From assembly GCA_003518365.1 (NCBI GenBank), contig DOYU01000013.1, forward strand, positions 12,974 through 71,148: a stretch of 58,175 bases of DNA, given 5' to 3'. The translations under genes and the position numbers were made by a program. The stretch's first letter is position 1; each line of letters begins with the position of its first letter. The notes beneath the pieces were generated by a model. That model did no database searches, was not told the DNA's origin, and saw nothing but the letters and a program-made list of their open reading frames with translations. Positions 1 through 7,976 of this stretch are shown piece after piece. Source of the DNA: Candidatus Magasanikiibacteriota bacterium. GTDB taxonomy: Bacteria; Patescibacteriota; Patescibacteriia; Magasanikbacterales; UBA922.

Positions 1-2312
1 ACATGTTCTGGTCCGCCGAGATAAAAATCTACTGGCATCCATGTTTTCAGTGCTTCTGGTGATGCGAATGCTTCCTCATTGTGTGGATCAAGATACCGGA
101 AAAAATACCACGATGAACACATGAACGTATCGAGCGTATTTACTTCTCTTTTCCATCCTTCTCCGTACATTTCTTCGATACCAGCCTGGAATGTTTTTGA
201 ATACGTCAGTGGCGACTGTCCGGTTGGTTTGAAATCTACGTCTTCTGGAAGTAATACGGGAAGATCTGAGAATGGAACAGGTTTGACACCAGTCATCAAG
301 GCTTCTTCAAGAAGTGCTGGAATCTCAGCAACCATCAGATGTCGCTCAGACAAATCAACTTCTACATGTCTTGCATGCAAGAGTGATGACAGCGTATCAA
401 TGTGTTCTTTTTTAATAGTGACATGCTTTGCATCTGAAATTATTGAAATTGCGTCAGCGTTTGCTGCAATTTTTTCAAAATCAAATACAAAGGAATCACT
501 TGCCGTAACATCGAGTCGCTCTCCGTCGTTAAACTCTGGACGCAAGACAGAATCTGCGAGAATAAGTTTTGAAATCGGGATTTCAAGCGCTTCGAGAATA
601 CGAAAGGCGACAGGACCACCAAGACTATGCGCAATGATAACCGTGTGTTCATCGAAGGTCACTTGTTTTTTCAAAAATTCTGCTTGTTCTTTTACGTTTG
701 GTTTGTCTGTGTTTGGCAAATCGAGTGCAACGACTGTGTGACCTTTTTCTTCAAGTTGTTTTTTTAACCATGGAAAAAAGTTTGCCTCTGCATTTCCACC
801 ATATCCATGAATAAACACATATTGTTTATTGCTTATTGATAATTGTTCATTGACAACCATCGGCAGTGGCGCACCCCAAAATCGCTGACGTGACACAGAC
901 CAATCTCGAAGTTTATACTGAATTTTTCTTTTTCCGATGTTGTGTTCTTCGAGCCAGTCGATCATTTTTTCTTTTGCATCTTCTGTTGTGAGACCGTTGA
1001 GAAAGTCGGAATTAATGGCATGACCATGTTTCCCTACAAATGTAAATAATGATTGTCCATTCTTTTTAAGAATATCTGTATACTGATATTGTAAACTAGT
1101 TATGAGATCTTCAATATAAGTTTTCCCTTCATTTAATCGAATCACAAATTTCAAAATTACATCATTTTCTTTTAGCATTTCATAGTCTGGTTCAACTACG
1201 TGTCTGATTTTAATCACTGATTCAGTTTTATACTTCGGATTACTATTAACAAAATCGACAAACTCAAAATCACGCTCGTCATGCGCTGGCACAGCCATAA
1301 TAGCTCCCGTTCCATACGTTGCAATGACATAGTCTGCTATCCAAATAGGGATCTCTTCGCCATTGGCTGGATTCACAGCTTTCACACCTTTGAGTTCTAC
1401 TCCTGTCTTTTCCTTTTGTGTCTGGCGTTCTAGCTCTGTTTTCTTTGATGTTTCTGTAATGTAGGATTCTACATCGTTCCAATTTTTTATACTTCCTTTC
1501 AATTCCTGCACATACTGACCTTCTGGTGCAAGTACCATGTACGTCGCACCAAACAATGTATCAGGACGAGTAGTGAAAACAGTTATTGTTAATTTTGAAT
1601 TTGAAATTTTGAATTCTATTTCCGCCCCTTCCGACTTCCCTATCCAATCACGCTGTCTTTTCTTCGTCTCCTCTGGCCAGTCGATACGATCCAGCCCTTC
1701 GAGAAGTTTTTCTGCGTAGTCGGTAATTTTCAAATACCACTGTTCCATGTCTTTTTGAACAACAACAGTATCACAGCGTTCACAGTGTCCATCTACGACT
1801 TGCGCGTTTGCTAATACGGTCTTGCAACTGTCGCACCAGTTCACGGCTTGTGTTTTTCGATACGCAAGTCCTCGCTCATACATGAGGAGAAAAAACCACT
1901 GGGTAAATTTGTAATACTCAGGATCACTCGAACGAACAAATCGATCCCAGTCGACAGAGACACCAAGTTTTTTTACTTGTTCCACAAAATTCGCACCGGT
2001 TTCATCTATCGTTTGCTTTGGATGCACATTTGTTTTGATAGCATAATTTTCTGCAGGAAGCCCAAACGAATCTAGTCCAAACACTTGCAACACATTCTTT
2101 CCTTTCATGCGTTGATACCGTGCATAAATATCACACGCGGTATACACTTCTGCGTGTCCAACATGAAGCCCACTGCCAGATGGATATGGCAACTGTGGGA
2201 GGACATAAAACTTATTTTCTTGTGCCGAATCTTTTGGCGTCGAGAATGTTTTATTCTCTTCCCAATAAGATTGCCATTTAGCCTCTATTGATTTTGGATC
2301 GTATTTCTGCAT
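1..2312 (-). CDS. leuS: leucine--tRNA ligase, C-terminus beyond window edge; contains an inserted alpha/beta serine-hydrolase domain
   Basis: Absent from the ORF track because it has no stop in the window. Manual translation from the ATG at 2312..2310 gives MQKYDPKSIEAKWQSYWEENKTF..LPYPSGSGLHVGH. It also shows a CxxC..CxxC zinc knuckle, TTRPDTLFGATYMVLAPE and MAVPAHDERDFEF (CP1 editing), LRDWSVSRQRFWGAP, LPVLLPEDV and DTFMCSSWYFFRYLDPHN. The frame was hand-checked stop-free over 1-1260. Confidence 0.9.
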   Translation of the reverse strand, partial: MQKYDPKSIEAKWQSYWEENKTFSTPKDSAQENKFYVLPQLPYPSGSGLHVGHAEVYTACDIYARYQRMKGKNVLQVFGLDSFGLPAENYAIKTNVHPKQTIDETGANFVEQVKKLGVSVDWDRFVRSSDPEYYKFTQWFFLLMYERGLAYRKTQAVNWCDSCKTVLANAQVVDGHCERCDTVVVQKDMEQWYLKITDYAEKLLEGLDRIDWPEETKKRQRDWIGKSEGAEIEFKISNSKLTITVFTTRPDTLFGATYMVLAPEGQYVQELKGSIKNWNDVESYITETSKKTELERQTQKEKTGVELKGVKAVNPANGEEIPIWIADYVIATYGTGAIMAVPAHDERDFEFVDFVNSNPKYKTESVIKIRHVVEPDYEMLKENDVILKFVIRLNEGKTYIEDLITSLQYQYTDILKKNGQSLFTFVGKHGHAINSDFLNGLTTEDAKEKMIDWLEEHNIGKRKIQYKLRDWSVSRQRFWGAPLPMVVNEQLSISNKQYVFIHGYGGNAEANFFPWLKKQLEEKGHTVVALDLPNTDKPNVKEQAEFLKKQVTFDEHTVIIAHSLGGPVAFRILEALEIPISKLILADSVLRPEFNDGERLDVTASDSFVFDFEKIAANADAISIISDAKHVTIKKEHIDTLSSLLHARHVEVDLSERHLMVAEIPALLEEALMTGVKPVPFSDLPVLLPEDVDFKPTGQSPLTYSKTFQAGIEEMYGEGWKREVNTLDTFMCSSWYFFRYLDPHNEEAFASPEALKTWMPVDFYLGGPEH

Positions 2313-2325
2313 ATTTTTATAATTA

Positions 2326-2409
2326 CTAGCCTGCCCGGCGCAATTGAGACGAAGTCGAAATGGAGACGGGCCACTTTTGCTCAATAGATTTTGGGTCGTA
2401 TTTTTGCAT
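2326..2409 (-). pseudogene. diverged 5' stub of a leuS gene (27 codons then stop)
   Basis: Translates to MQKYDPKSIEQKW..., against MQKYDPKSIEAKW at the start of the real leuS about 100 nt downstream. About 31 of the first 39 nt are identical, and the differences are mostly at third codon positions. Confidence 0.5.
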
Positions 2410-2420
2410 AGACATAAATT

Positions 2421-3215
2421 TTACTCACGAAATAACGCTAACACCTGTTCAGGCAACTCAGGTGTAGCTGAAATAATAATATCTTGCCTTCCTCTCTGCC
2501 ACGGATTTCCATCACTATCTGTAACCACTGCACCAGCTTTTTCACAAATATGTTTCTGAGGGACTTTATCCCAGTCAAGACCAGCGTTACTGGCCATAAA
2601 ATCAAACATCCCAGTAGCAACACTCATATAATCAGCAGGGCTAAAATAAGAAAATTCTCTTTTTCCAAATTTTTCAATATATGTTAATTTTGCTTTCAAA
2701 AATTGTTCATACTTTATACCATATGGACCAAATGGTGCTACGGCTTGTATAGAAGCAACTGAATGCTTTATTTCTTTTGTATCTACAACATGTATTTTTT
2801 TATTATTCAGATAGGCACCACTGTCATCTGCAAAATATAGTTGATTTGATACAGGGAAAAAGACACCACTATAGACTATTTCTCCGTTCCTTAATACACA
2901 TAACACAACTGCCCAAAGTGGATTGCCATGCACAAAGTTATAGGTACCATCAATCGGGTCAATGATCCATTCATATTCAAAATGTTCTTTTTCAATTTTT
3001 CCTTCTTCACTTGTTATCTGGTGATCTGGATATCTCAACGCAATCTGTTTTGTAATGAATTCATGCACAGCAACATCTGCAGCAGACAATAAATCAAAGG
3101 GATCAGTCTTTTCTTTTACAACAAAATCATCCTCAACATACTGTAAAGGAATTTTTCCTGCCTCTCGCAATATTTGCATGAAAAAATCTTTCATACTAGG
3201 CATTATACGTTTCAA
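2421..3215 (-). CDS. inositol monophosphatase family protein (paralogue 1)
   Basis: 264-aa ORF with the motifs WIIDPIDGTYNFVHG, SNAGLDWD and GRQDIII. Confidence 0.85.
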   Translation of the reverse strand: MKRIMPSMKDFFMQILREAGKIPLQYVEDDFVVKEKTDPFDLLSAADVAVHEFITKQIALRYPDHQITSEEGKIEKEHFEYEWIIDPIDGTYNFVHGNPLWAVVLCVLRNGEIVYSGVFFPVSNQLYFADDSGAYLNNKKIHVVDTKEIKHSVASIQAVAPFGPYGIKYEQFLKAKLTYIEKFGKREFSYFSPADYMSVATGMFDFMASNAGLDWDKVPQKHICEKAGAVVTDSDGNPWQRGRQDIIISATPELPEQVLALFRE

Positions 3216-3999
3216 ACAACGCCATCACTTTTGGATGCAGATCTGGATTTGCAATAATAATATCTTGTCGCCCTCTTGTCCATGGTTCACCATAACTATT
3301 TGTCACGATAGCACCCGCCTCCTCGGCAATAAGTGCAGGGGCGAGATAGTCCCAATCAAGTCCTGCATTCGCTGCAAAAAAATCGGCTCCACCACTCGCG
3401 AGATGACACGTGATAAGCATGGTGGCATGGTTACAAACCCACGCATCAGTCTTCGTCGTAAGATTTACAGCAAATACTCGATATCGTTCGATATAATCTC
3501 CATACACGCCAGCATTATTTGCTCGTGCCATGATCCCAAAGGCATGATCGAGGGACTGGGTATTATTCACGGAAATTTTGTTGCCATTGAGAAATGCACC
3601 TTTGCCTTTTTCTGCAAAAAATAAATCTCCACTTAATGCATTGTATACAGCCCCAAGCCATGTTTCTCCGTTTCTCACAACGGCGATGATCGTACACCAG
3701 AATGGAATACCATTGGCAAAGTTTCTCGTGCCATCTATCGGATCGATTACCCATTCATATTCACCACCAACATTAATTTTTTCACCCACCTCTTCTGAAA
3801 AAATAGTATGATCTGGATATGCTTTTTTTATTTTTTCTACAATAAACTCACTCACAGCAACATCCGCTTCTGTCACAAGATCACCGACAGATGATTTCGT
3901 CTTAATACTCTTTACGCCATTGTCAAAATACCCTTTTGCAATAGCCCCAGCTTCTTGTATTGTTTGTTTCAAAAATTCTTGCATAGTTTTTCTAAACAT
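3196..3999 (-). CDS. inositol monophosphatase family protein (paralogue 2)
   Basis: 267-aa ORF with the motifs WVIDPIDGTRNFANG, ANAGLDWD and GRQDIII. It overlaps paralogue 1 by 20 nt. Confidence 0.85.
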   Translation of the reverse strand: MFRKTMQEFLKQTIQEAGAIAKGYFDNGVKSIKTKSSVGDLVTEADVAVSEFIVEKIKKAYPDHTIFSEEVGEKINVGGEYEWVIDPIDGTRNFANGIPFWCTIIAVVRNGETWLGAVYNALSGDLFFAEKGKGAFLNGNKISVNNTQSLDHAFGIMARANNAGVYGDYIERYRVFAVNLTTKTDAWVCNHATMLITCHLASGGADFFAANAGLDWDYLAPALIAEEAGAIVTNSYGEPWTRGRQDIIIANPDLHPKVMALFETYNA

Positions 4000-4044
4000 G
4001 TGTATTCATACTACAAAAAATGGCTAGAAAAAGCAAGAAAATAT

Positions 4045-4071
4045 AAAAAAAACGACACGAAGGTCGTTTTT
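4045..4071 (-). terminator. Rho-independent terminator after the gdhA operon
   Basis: The stem is acgac/gtcgt, flanked by an A-run and a T-run (aaaaaaaacgacacgaaggtcgttttt). A T-tract follows on the minus strand. Confidence 0.6.
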
Positions 4072-4081
4072 AAATTTATGT

Positions 4082-4155
4082 GGAGTGACGAACGCAAGTT
4101 CGTTTTCTTAGAAAGAAGGAAGTGGTAATCCAGACAAACTTGCGTTCGTCACTCC
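4082..4155. repeat. perfect 19-bp inverted repeat with 36-nt spacer
   Basis: ggagtgacgaacgcaagtt (4082-4100) is the exact reverse complement of aacttgcgttcgtcactcc (4137-4155). The right arm covers the stop codon of ORF 4149..4499. Confidence 0.7.
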
Positions 4156-4499
4156 GTTCCTTCTTCGAAATTTTTGCCATCCTCCCACGACTCTTGCAAT
4201 CGACGTTCTAATTTTAATTTTTCAAACTCTTCTTCTGTGACGTCAACTGTTTCCGTCACAATTTTTCCTGTTTTATCGTACATCAAAGGTTCTTTTGGAA
4301 TGATAAATCTTCTCCTTTTTTCCCCACTACCCTCAATTTTTTCAACAACTACACCAGGCGTATCACCGTAATGAGCTTGCCCTTCTTTTGGAGGAAATTT
4401 CTCTGGAATGTTAGATGCCGGTGTTGCCGGTTCAACACGTGGCTTTGGCTCTGGAGGAGGAATGCTTCCGTCTCCTGCTCCATCTATTCTACTGCTCAT
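4149..4499 (-). CDS. hypothetical Pro/Glu-rich protein, translationally coupled to gdhA
   Basis: 116-aa ORF whose ATG overlaps the gdhA stop (ctATGAgc). No recognisable motif. Confidence 0.5.
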   Translation of the reverse strand: MSSRIDGAGDGSIPPPEPKPRVEPATPASNIPEKFPPKEGQAHYGDTPGVVVEKIEGSGEKRRRFIIPKEPLMYDKTGKIVTETVDVTEEEFEKLKLERRLQESWEDGKNFEEGTE

Positions 4500-5755
4500 A
4501 GTGTTTCTGTTAACTTCACACTCACACGATCAACAGCTTTTATAAACGCAGCGGTACGCATGTCTGTCTTATATTGTTCCTTCGTACTCCATACTTCGTG
4601 GAATGCATCAACCATGATCTTTTCGAGTTTTGTGAGCACGTCTGCTTCTGTCCAATGCTCCCCTTTTACATTTTGTTCCCATTCAAAATAACTCACGGTC
4701 ACGCCACCAGCATTGGCAAGCACGTCTGGCACCACCACGACTCCCATTTTTTTCAACATTTCGTCTGCATCAGGAGTAGTCGGACCATTTGCAAGCTCGA
4801 CAATCGCTTTTGCTTTGATATTGCCAGCATTCTCCGGCGTAATCACATTTTCAAGTGCGGCTGGTACAAGAATATCCACATCCATCGTGAGTATATCATC
4901 GTTTGAAATTTCTGTTGTCCCTTCAAAACCAACAACGCTACCGGTACGCGCTTTGTACTCAGTGAGTGCGTCAATATTTAATTTGTTAGTTGTTACTTGT
5001 TTATTGTTAATTGCAATGCCGCCTTTTGAATCACTCACGGCAACAATACGATACCCCATTTCCGACAAAAGCCGTGCCATATGAGACCCTGCATTCCCAA
5101 ATCCTTGAATCGCAATCGTTGTTTCTTCTGGGATCATGTTCATGTTCTTTGCAAGCTCACGCGTACAGTACGCACCACCTTGCGCCGTGGAAAATCCTCG
5201 TCCTTCTGAACCACCTTGATCAATAGATTTTCCTGTAATAACTCCTGGATCTTGTTTGCCAATAATTTTTTCAAATTCATCTCGCATCCATCCCATGATT
5301 TGTGGTGTCGTGTAGACATCCGGTGCAGGAACATCCTTATCAGAACCGAGCACCATCCACAATTTTTGTATATATCCACGAGAAAGTCGTTCAAGTTCTC
5401 CTTCTGACAATTCTTTTGGATTGACAATCACGCCACCTTTTGCACCACCCATTGGGATATTCACCGTAGCACATTTGATCATCATCCAAAATGACAATGC
5501 TTTTACTTCGTCTACTGTGACATTCCAATGATATCGAATACCACCTTTGTACACACCGAGCGAATTATTGTACTGACTTCGGTAGCCGGTAAAAATCTTC
5601 ACCGTGCCGTCGTCCATCACCACAGGAATCGCAACTTCAATAAGTCGATCCGGTTGCTTCAACATAGTATGAATGCGTTCATCGAGGCTGATATAGCCAG
5701 CAGCTTTATCGAGCTGTTCCATGGCATTGAAAAATGGATTTGATACTTCTGACAT
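4496..5755 (-). CDS. gdhA: NAD(P)-dependent glutamate dehydrogenase
   Basis: 419 aa with KGGIRYH..IPMGGAKGG and a GFGNAG Rossmann motif. Confidence 0.92.
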   Translation of the reverse strand: MSEVSNPFFNAMEQLDKAAGYISLDERIHTMLKQPDRLIEVAIPVVMDDGTVKIFTGYRSQYNNSLGVYKGGIRYHWNVTVDEVKALSFWMMIKCATVNIPMGGAKGGVIVNPKELSEGELERLSRGYIQKLWMVLGSDKDVPAPDVYTTPQIMGWMRDEFEKIIGKQDPGVITGKSIDQGGSEGRGFSTAQGGAYCTRELAKNMNMIPEETTIAIQGFGNAGSHMARLLSEMGYRIVAVSDSKGGIAINNKQVTTNKLNIDALTEYKARTGSVVGFEGTTEISNDDILTMDVDILVPAALENVITPENAGNIKAKAIVELANGPTTPDADEMLKKMGVVVVPDVLANAGGVTVSYFEWEQNVKGEHWTEADVLTKLEKIMVDAFHEVWSTKEQYKTDMRTAAFIKAVDRVSVKLTETL

Positions 5756-5774
5756 ATATAAGAAAAATTAACGT

Positions 5775-5813
5775 CAAATAAAAAGAGGAGCAACATCTAG
5801 AATACTCCTCTTT
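5775..5813 (-). terminator. Rho-independent terminator
   Basis: The 9-bp stem aaagaggag/ctcctcttt (5782-5790 and 5805-5813) is followed by a T-run on the minus strand. Confidence 0.55.
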
Positions 5814-5835
5814 CAGAGAACTATGCAACTGGGGA

Positions 5836-6048
5836 TTATTCTTTCTTTTTTCCTTCTTTAATCATTTGCCAAAATGCGATACTCGCCAATATCCAAAGAA
5901 GGTAAGAGATGATGGCATACTCAGGATACAATCGGTAGGTTACTGCCCCAATCACCATACACAGAAAGGCAAGCAGTGTCATGGGTGAGATCTTTTTATT
6001 GAAGGTAATATGTGAGTTTGGGGATGGTTGTATAGGTTTGAGATCCAT
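5836..6048 (-). CDS. small membrane protein (two hydrophobic segments)
   Basis: 70-aa ORF that follows the DUF4349 gene by 18 nt. Confidence 0.5.
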   Translation of the reverse strand: MDLKPIQPSPNSHITFNKKISPMTLLAFLCMVIGAVTYRLYPEYAIISYLLWILASIAFWQMIKEGKKKE

Positions 6049-6066
6049 AAAATAAAATAGGGAGAA

Positions 6067-7032
6067 TTATACATTTCTTTTTTTATACATATGACGAACG
6101 ATCATATATACCAATCCTATACCAAACCAAACCGGGATATAGATTATTATCCAAATAAACACATCAACGACACGAATACCAAACTGTTGTAATCCACGCA
6201 ACGCTTCTTTTACCGTACCAAGCGGTTTCCATGTATCACCTTTATCAAGAATGGGAAGCTGTTCTGGATTGGTAGAAAGATATACAGTCAATGAAGAAAA
6301 ATCAGCACTTTCTTTGAGGTATTTCATGCGTCCCTCGAGGCTATCAATATTTGATCGCACATTGGTGAGTTCACGTTGTACCGCCAAAATATCTTCAATT
6401 TTTACAGCCTGCTTCATGATTGACAAAAATTGTTCTTCTGCTGCTTTGAGATTGCCGAGTTTTGCTTCAAGATCTATATATTCTTCTGTGACATCTCGAC
6501 CATCGGTGCGTTCACTCTGCACTTCTCCAAGCAACCTGACACTCCCAAGATTTGCATCAAAAAGGGCTGAAGGAATACGAATTGTTATTGATCCTGAAGG
6601 TTCATTATACGAGGTGTCTATTTCACTCGACACCACAAATCCACCTTTTTCTATAGCAAATTGTTTTATCTGCCCTACTGCGATTTCTACATCATCTACC
6701 AGAAGAGACATTGATCCATTTTTGATAATGAGTCGATCTTCTTGAGAAAGAGCACCTGTACCGACAGGTCCTTCTGATGGAGTTGCGACACTTGGCGTCA
6801 CAGCGACTTCATTGAATGCTGCTTTTCGGGAAGCATCCATGTCTATTTCTTCAGACATGTCATAATAGACATCTTCCACCATCATTCCTCGTTGTGATGA
6901 CGTGCTCCCAGCATACTCAAAGTCGAGGTTATATCGATAATGATACAACACGCTAAGACCCACTAACAAAGAAATACCCAAAAAAAAGAATGTCTTTTTT
7001 TTACGTGTGCATTGCATACCAAACATATACAA
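6067..7032 (-). CDS. DUF4349 domain-containing membrane protein
   Basis: 321 aa with an N-terminal TM, a central coiled coil (EEYIDLEAKLGNLKAAEEQF..VQRELTNVRSNIDSLEGRMKYL) and a C-terminal TM. This is the typical DUF4349 layout. Confidence 0.75.
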   Translation of the reverse strand: MYMFGMQCTRKKKTFFFLGISLLVGLSVLYHYRYNLDFEYAGSTSSQRGMMVEDVYYDMSEEIDMDASRKAAFNEVAVTPSVATPSEGPVGTGALSQEDRLIIKNGSMSLLVDDVEIAVGQIKQFAIEKGGFVVSSEIDTSYNEPSGSITIRIPSALFDANLGSVRLLGEVQSERTDGRDVTEEYIDLEAKLGNLKAAEEQFLSIMKQAVKIEDILAVQRELTNVRSNIDSLEGRMKYLKESADFSSLTVYLSTNPEQLPILDKGDTWKPLGTVKEALRGLQQFGIRVVDVFIWIIIYIPVWFGIGLVYMIVRHMYKKRNV

Positions 7033-7083
7033 GAGTATTAAAAATAATCTGCATATAGTATACGCTTGTAGATTAAAATATAC

Positions 7084-7112
7084 AAAAAAATCGGCACTAT
7101 ACCGATTTTTTT
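7084..7112 (-). terminator. bidirectional Rho-independent terminator after trxA
   Basis: Hairpin aaaaaaatcgg-cactata-ccgattttttt. Confidence 0.6.
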
Positions 7113-7130
7113 GTATTACAATGTATTGTA

Positions 7131-7457
7131 TTATCCAAGATGTTTTTCAATGACTGCTTTGAGTCGATCTTTTGGAACACCCCCCACAACGGTGTCTACC
7201 ACTTCCCCGCCTTTGAAGACAAGAAACGTAGGAATACTCATAACGCGATATTTTCCAGCAATCACTTGATTTTCGTCAACATTGAGTTTTCCTACTTTTA
7301 CTTGGTCTTCACCAAATTCTCCTGAAAGTTCTTCGACAACAGGTCCCATTTGTTGACATGGACCACACCAAGGTGCCCAAAAATCAACGAATACAGGAAC
7401 ATTTGACTTGAGCACGTCTGCATCAAAAGTGTCATCAGTAAATGTATGTTGTGCCAT
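7131..7457 (-). CDS. trxA: thioredoxin
   Basis: 108 aa with the WAPWCGPCQ active site. Confidence 0.93.
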   Translation of the reverse strand: MAQHTFTDDTFDADVLKSNVPVFVDFWAPWCGPCQQMGPVVEELSGEFGEDQVKVGKLNVDENQVIAGKYRVMSIPTFLVFKGGEVVDTVVGGVPKDRLKAVIEKHLG

Positions 7458-7557
7458 AAAAAAAGAGTAAAAATGAGTTAGGAGTTACAGCATAGCATGC
7501 GCGTCAAGGCTTGGAAAGAGTGGATAAATCACTTAGACACTGGCAGCTTGAAACTGG

Positions 7558-7920
7558 TCACTTGGATTTATTTGCACGGATCAATCCATTTACTAGTTTG
7601 GCAACTATTTGAGATTGAGCGAAAAGTTCTCTTGTTTTTTCTATATCTATATACCCCAAATCCTTAGCTAACATGAGAAAGTTTTGAACTTCTGCTATTG
7701 AACCACGCGCTTGGTAATAAAATTTTGTTTTGTCCTTAAAATGATATCGTTCAAATCCTTCTGCAATATTTGCTGTGATAGAGGATGAAGCTCGCCGTAA
7801 TTGAGAAGTAATGCCAAAACGCTCATCATCAGGAAATAATTTTGTAACCTGATATATTTCTAAAACAAAATCATGCCCATACTTCCATGCATCCAGATCC
7901 CAAAAATTTTTTACCTGCAT
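7558..7920 (-). CDS. four-helix-bundle protein (23S rRNA intervening-sequence protein family)
   Basis: 120 aa with FWDLDAWKYGHDFVLEIY..SQLRRASSSITANIAEGFER, characteristic of the family. Confidence 0.8.
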   Translation of the reverse strand: MQVKNFWDLDAWKYGHDFVLEIYQVTKLFPDDERFGITSQLRRASSSITANIAEGFERYHFKDKTKFYYQARGSIAEVQNFLMLAKDLGYIDIEKTRELFAQSQIVAKLVNGLIRANKSK

Positions 7921-7976
7921 ATCCTCCTTGCTTAAGATATAACAAGTTCCAAGTTCCTAGCTACCAGTGCCAATTG

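Noticed and set aside
79-741. 220-aa plus-strand ORF in the track.
   Set aside because: It lies antisense inside the continuous leuS reading frame on the minus strand. It has a low-complexity Ser-rich translation with no motifs, so it is an antisense artefact.
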